From NCBI GenBank assembly GCA_963693365.1, contig CAVNZM010000015.1, positions 1 to 64,000 on the forward strand: 64,000 nt of DNA, written 5' to 3'. This DNA is from Amoebidium appalachense. Its lineage: Eukaryota; Protista; Ichthyosporea. Each line of letters opens with the position of its first letter. The first letter of the stretch is position 1. Positions 62,733 to 64,000 of the stretch are shown here, piece after piece. The position numbers and the translations under genes are program-made. The notes under the pieces were generated by a model, which searched no databases, was not told the DNA's origin, and worked only from the letters and a program-made list of their open reading frames with translations.

Positions 62733-63849
62733 TATATGTGACTGTGTGTCATATGAACGTCTACAAACATGTGCATACGTGTACGGACAAACACCTACAT
62801 CTTCTTCTACCAAAATAAACAAACACACACAAAAAGATACTGCAAACACATATATGCTACAATAACGAAGCAAACCTAACCTTTAAGCACCCCCCCCCCC
62901 CCCCCCCCGCCCGCCCCCACTTGCACCAGTACCAACCCCCCTCCCTCCCCCCCCCCCCCCCCCCCCCTCGCCACCTCTTCCCGTCCGTCCCTTTCCCTCT
63001 CATCCCCTACTAACACAACACACACGGGCACACACCATTCTCTACCGCCCGGCTACCAAGCTGCCCTTCAACTTTAAAGCATCACAGCCACCCACTGACA
63101 CAGGCACGGTGCACACAGGTGTAGAGTGGCAGATGATAATGCGCGCCCTGTGTCAAGGGTTCTACCGTGCGCCAGAGCTACGTGCCCTTCTTCCTCCCGC
63201 GCTGTTGGAACTACTACCCGACCACGAAATCAGTGCTGAGGGCATTGAACGCCGGCAAACAGTCACGGGCACTTACGGGCCAGCTCAGGCAGCACCGGAG
63301 CAGACTAAACGGCGTGGTAAGCAGATCAGCGTGGATGGCAGCCCATTTGCAGACCTGCGACAACAAATCGTTCATTACATTCGTGCTGCCTACTTCAGTG
63401 ACAAACAGTTTAATGTTGGGCTTCAGCTTGCAAAAAAGGCATGCCCCCAAAACATCACAACCTACACACCCGGATAACATGCAACTCCAACGCAACCAGC
63501 AACAAGCGCAGGTACGTCTCGGCAAGCTTGCCAAGAGATAGCGCTCACCTTGATAACTGTGGTGAGTACTTTGGGGAGATCATGTTTTTTTGAGTGTGAT
63601 ATTAAGGTCGAGGAGGGTAGGGTGGAGAGGGTTGAGCTAACATACTGCCAGTGGCGGTACAACCCCAAAGAGATAGTTACGAATGGGATGTACATAGTGA
63701 CCGATGCAATTTACCAGGCTGAGAAGTGGGCCCAAAAGGTCGTGAACCCCCAGGCTTTCGAAAGATTGTGTATGATTCTCTCGTGGAAAGACCCAGACCC
63801 CCAGAACAACAATGAGTATGCAGTTCTCCCACTAAGGCCCGGGCTTTAA
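61603..63849 (+). mobile_element. CACTA/EnSpm (CMC)-type transposase, C-terminal half, two exons (~61603-62082, ~63119-63849), N-terminus not found
   Basis: QLRRIDRRL..PSDYCRPP..WKAATYRHF..KPNYHYASHFSKFIRQFGSFRNWWLFFYERLNGFLRSFETNNK matches the DUF4218-type H..H..I..FGP...W.F.FER.NG motif; the second exon has YFGEIMFF..ELTYCQW (DUF4216-like) across a frame discontinuity. Confidence 0.85.
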
Positions 63850-63946
63850 ACTAGATTGACCGTAGATTAAACTAGATTGGCCGTAGAGATGTGGAGGTAG
63901 CTCCAAAACATCAGACGAAAGTAGAGCAATATATTTTTTAATTTTT

Positions 63947-63994
<48 letters not shown>

Positions 63995-64000
63995 TGTGAG

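Overview
Eukaryotic nuclear DNA, probably from a unicellular opisthokont (inferred only), that is extremely rich in (CA)n/(GT)n, (GA)n and poly-G/poly-C. The left end is the last unit of an rDNA array: the 3' part of 28S rRNA (+), a ~4.7 kb two-type compound repeat array, a convergent 5S rRNA gene (-) and IGS subrepeats. A mitochondrial LSU rRNA fragment (NUMT) and a cluster of 27-bp palindromes follow, and no 18S gene appears. The middle holds intron-rich genes: an unresolved multi-exon locus (12-18 kb, -), a 512-bp MITE, a C9orf78/Tls1 homolog (-) head-to-head with an RNF5/RNF185 E3 ligase (+), and a Caf16-type soluble ABC ATPase (-). The right ~16 kb looks accessory or mobile. It contains a Q/G/M-rich ORF (+), a spliced minus-strand locus with coiled-coil, RING-like and PD-(D/E)XK nuclease-like parts and two tandem arrays made of splice-signal-bearing units, and a divergent, 5'-truncated CACTA/EnSpm-type transposase (+). 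All gene models were spliced by eye, so exon borders are approximate, and homopolymer lengths may be sequencing artefacts. Almost all of the supplied ORFs are microsatellite read-throughs.
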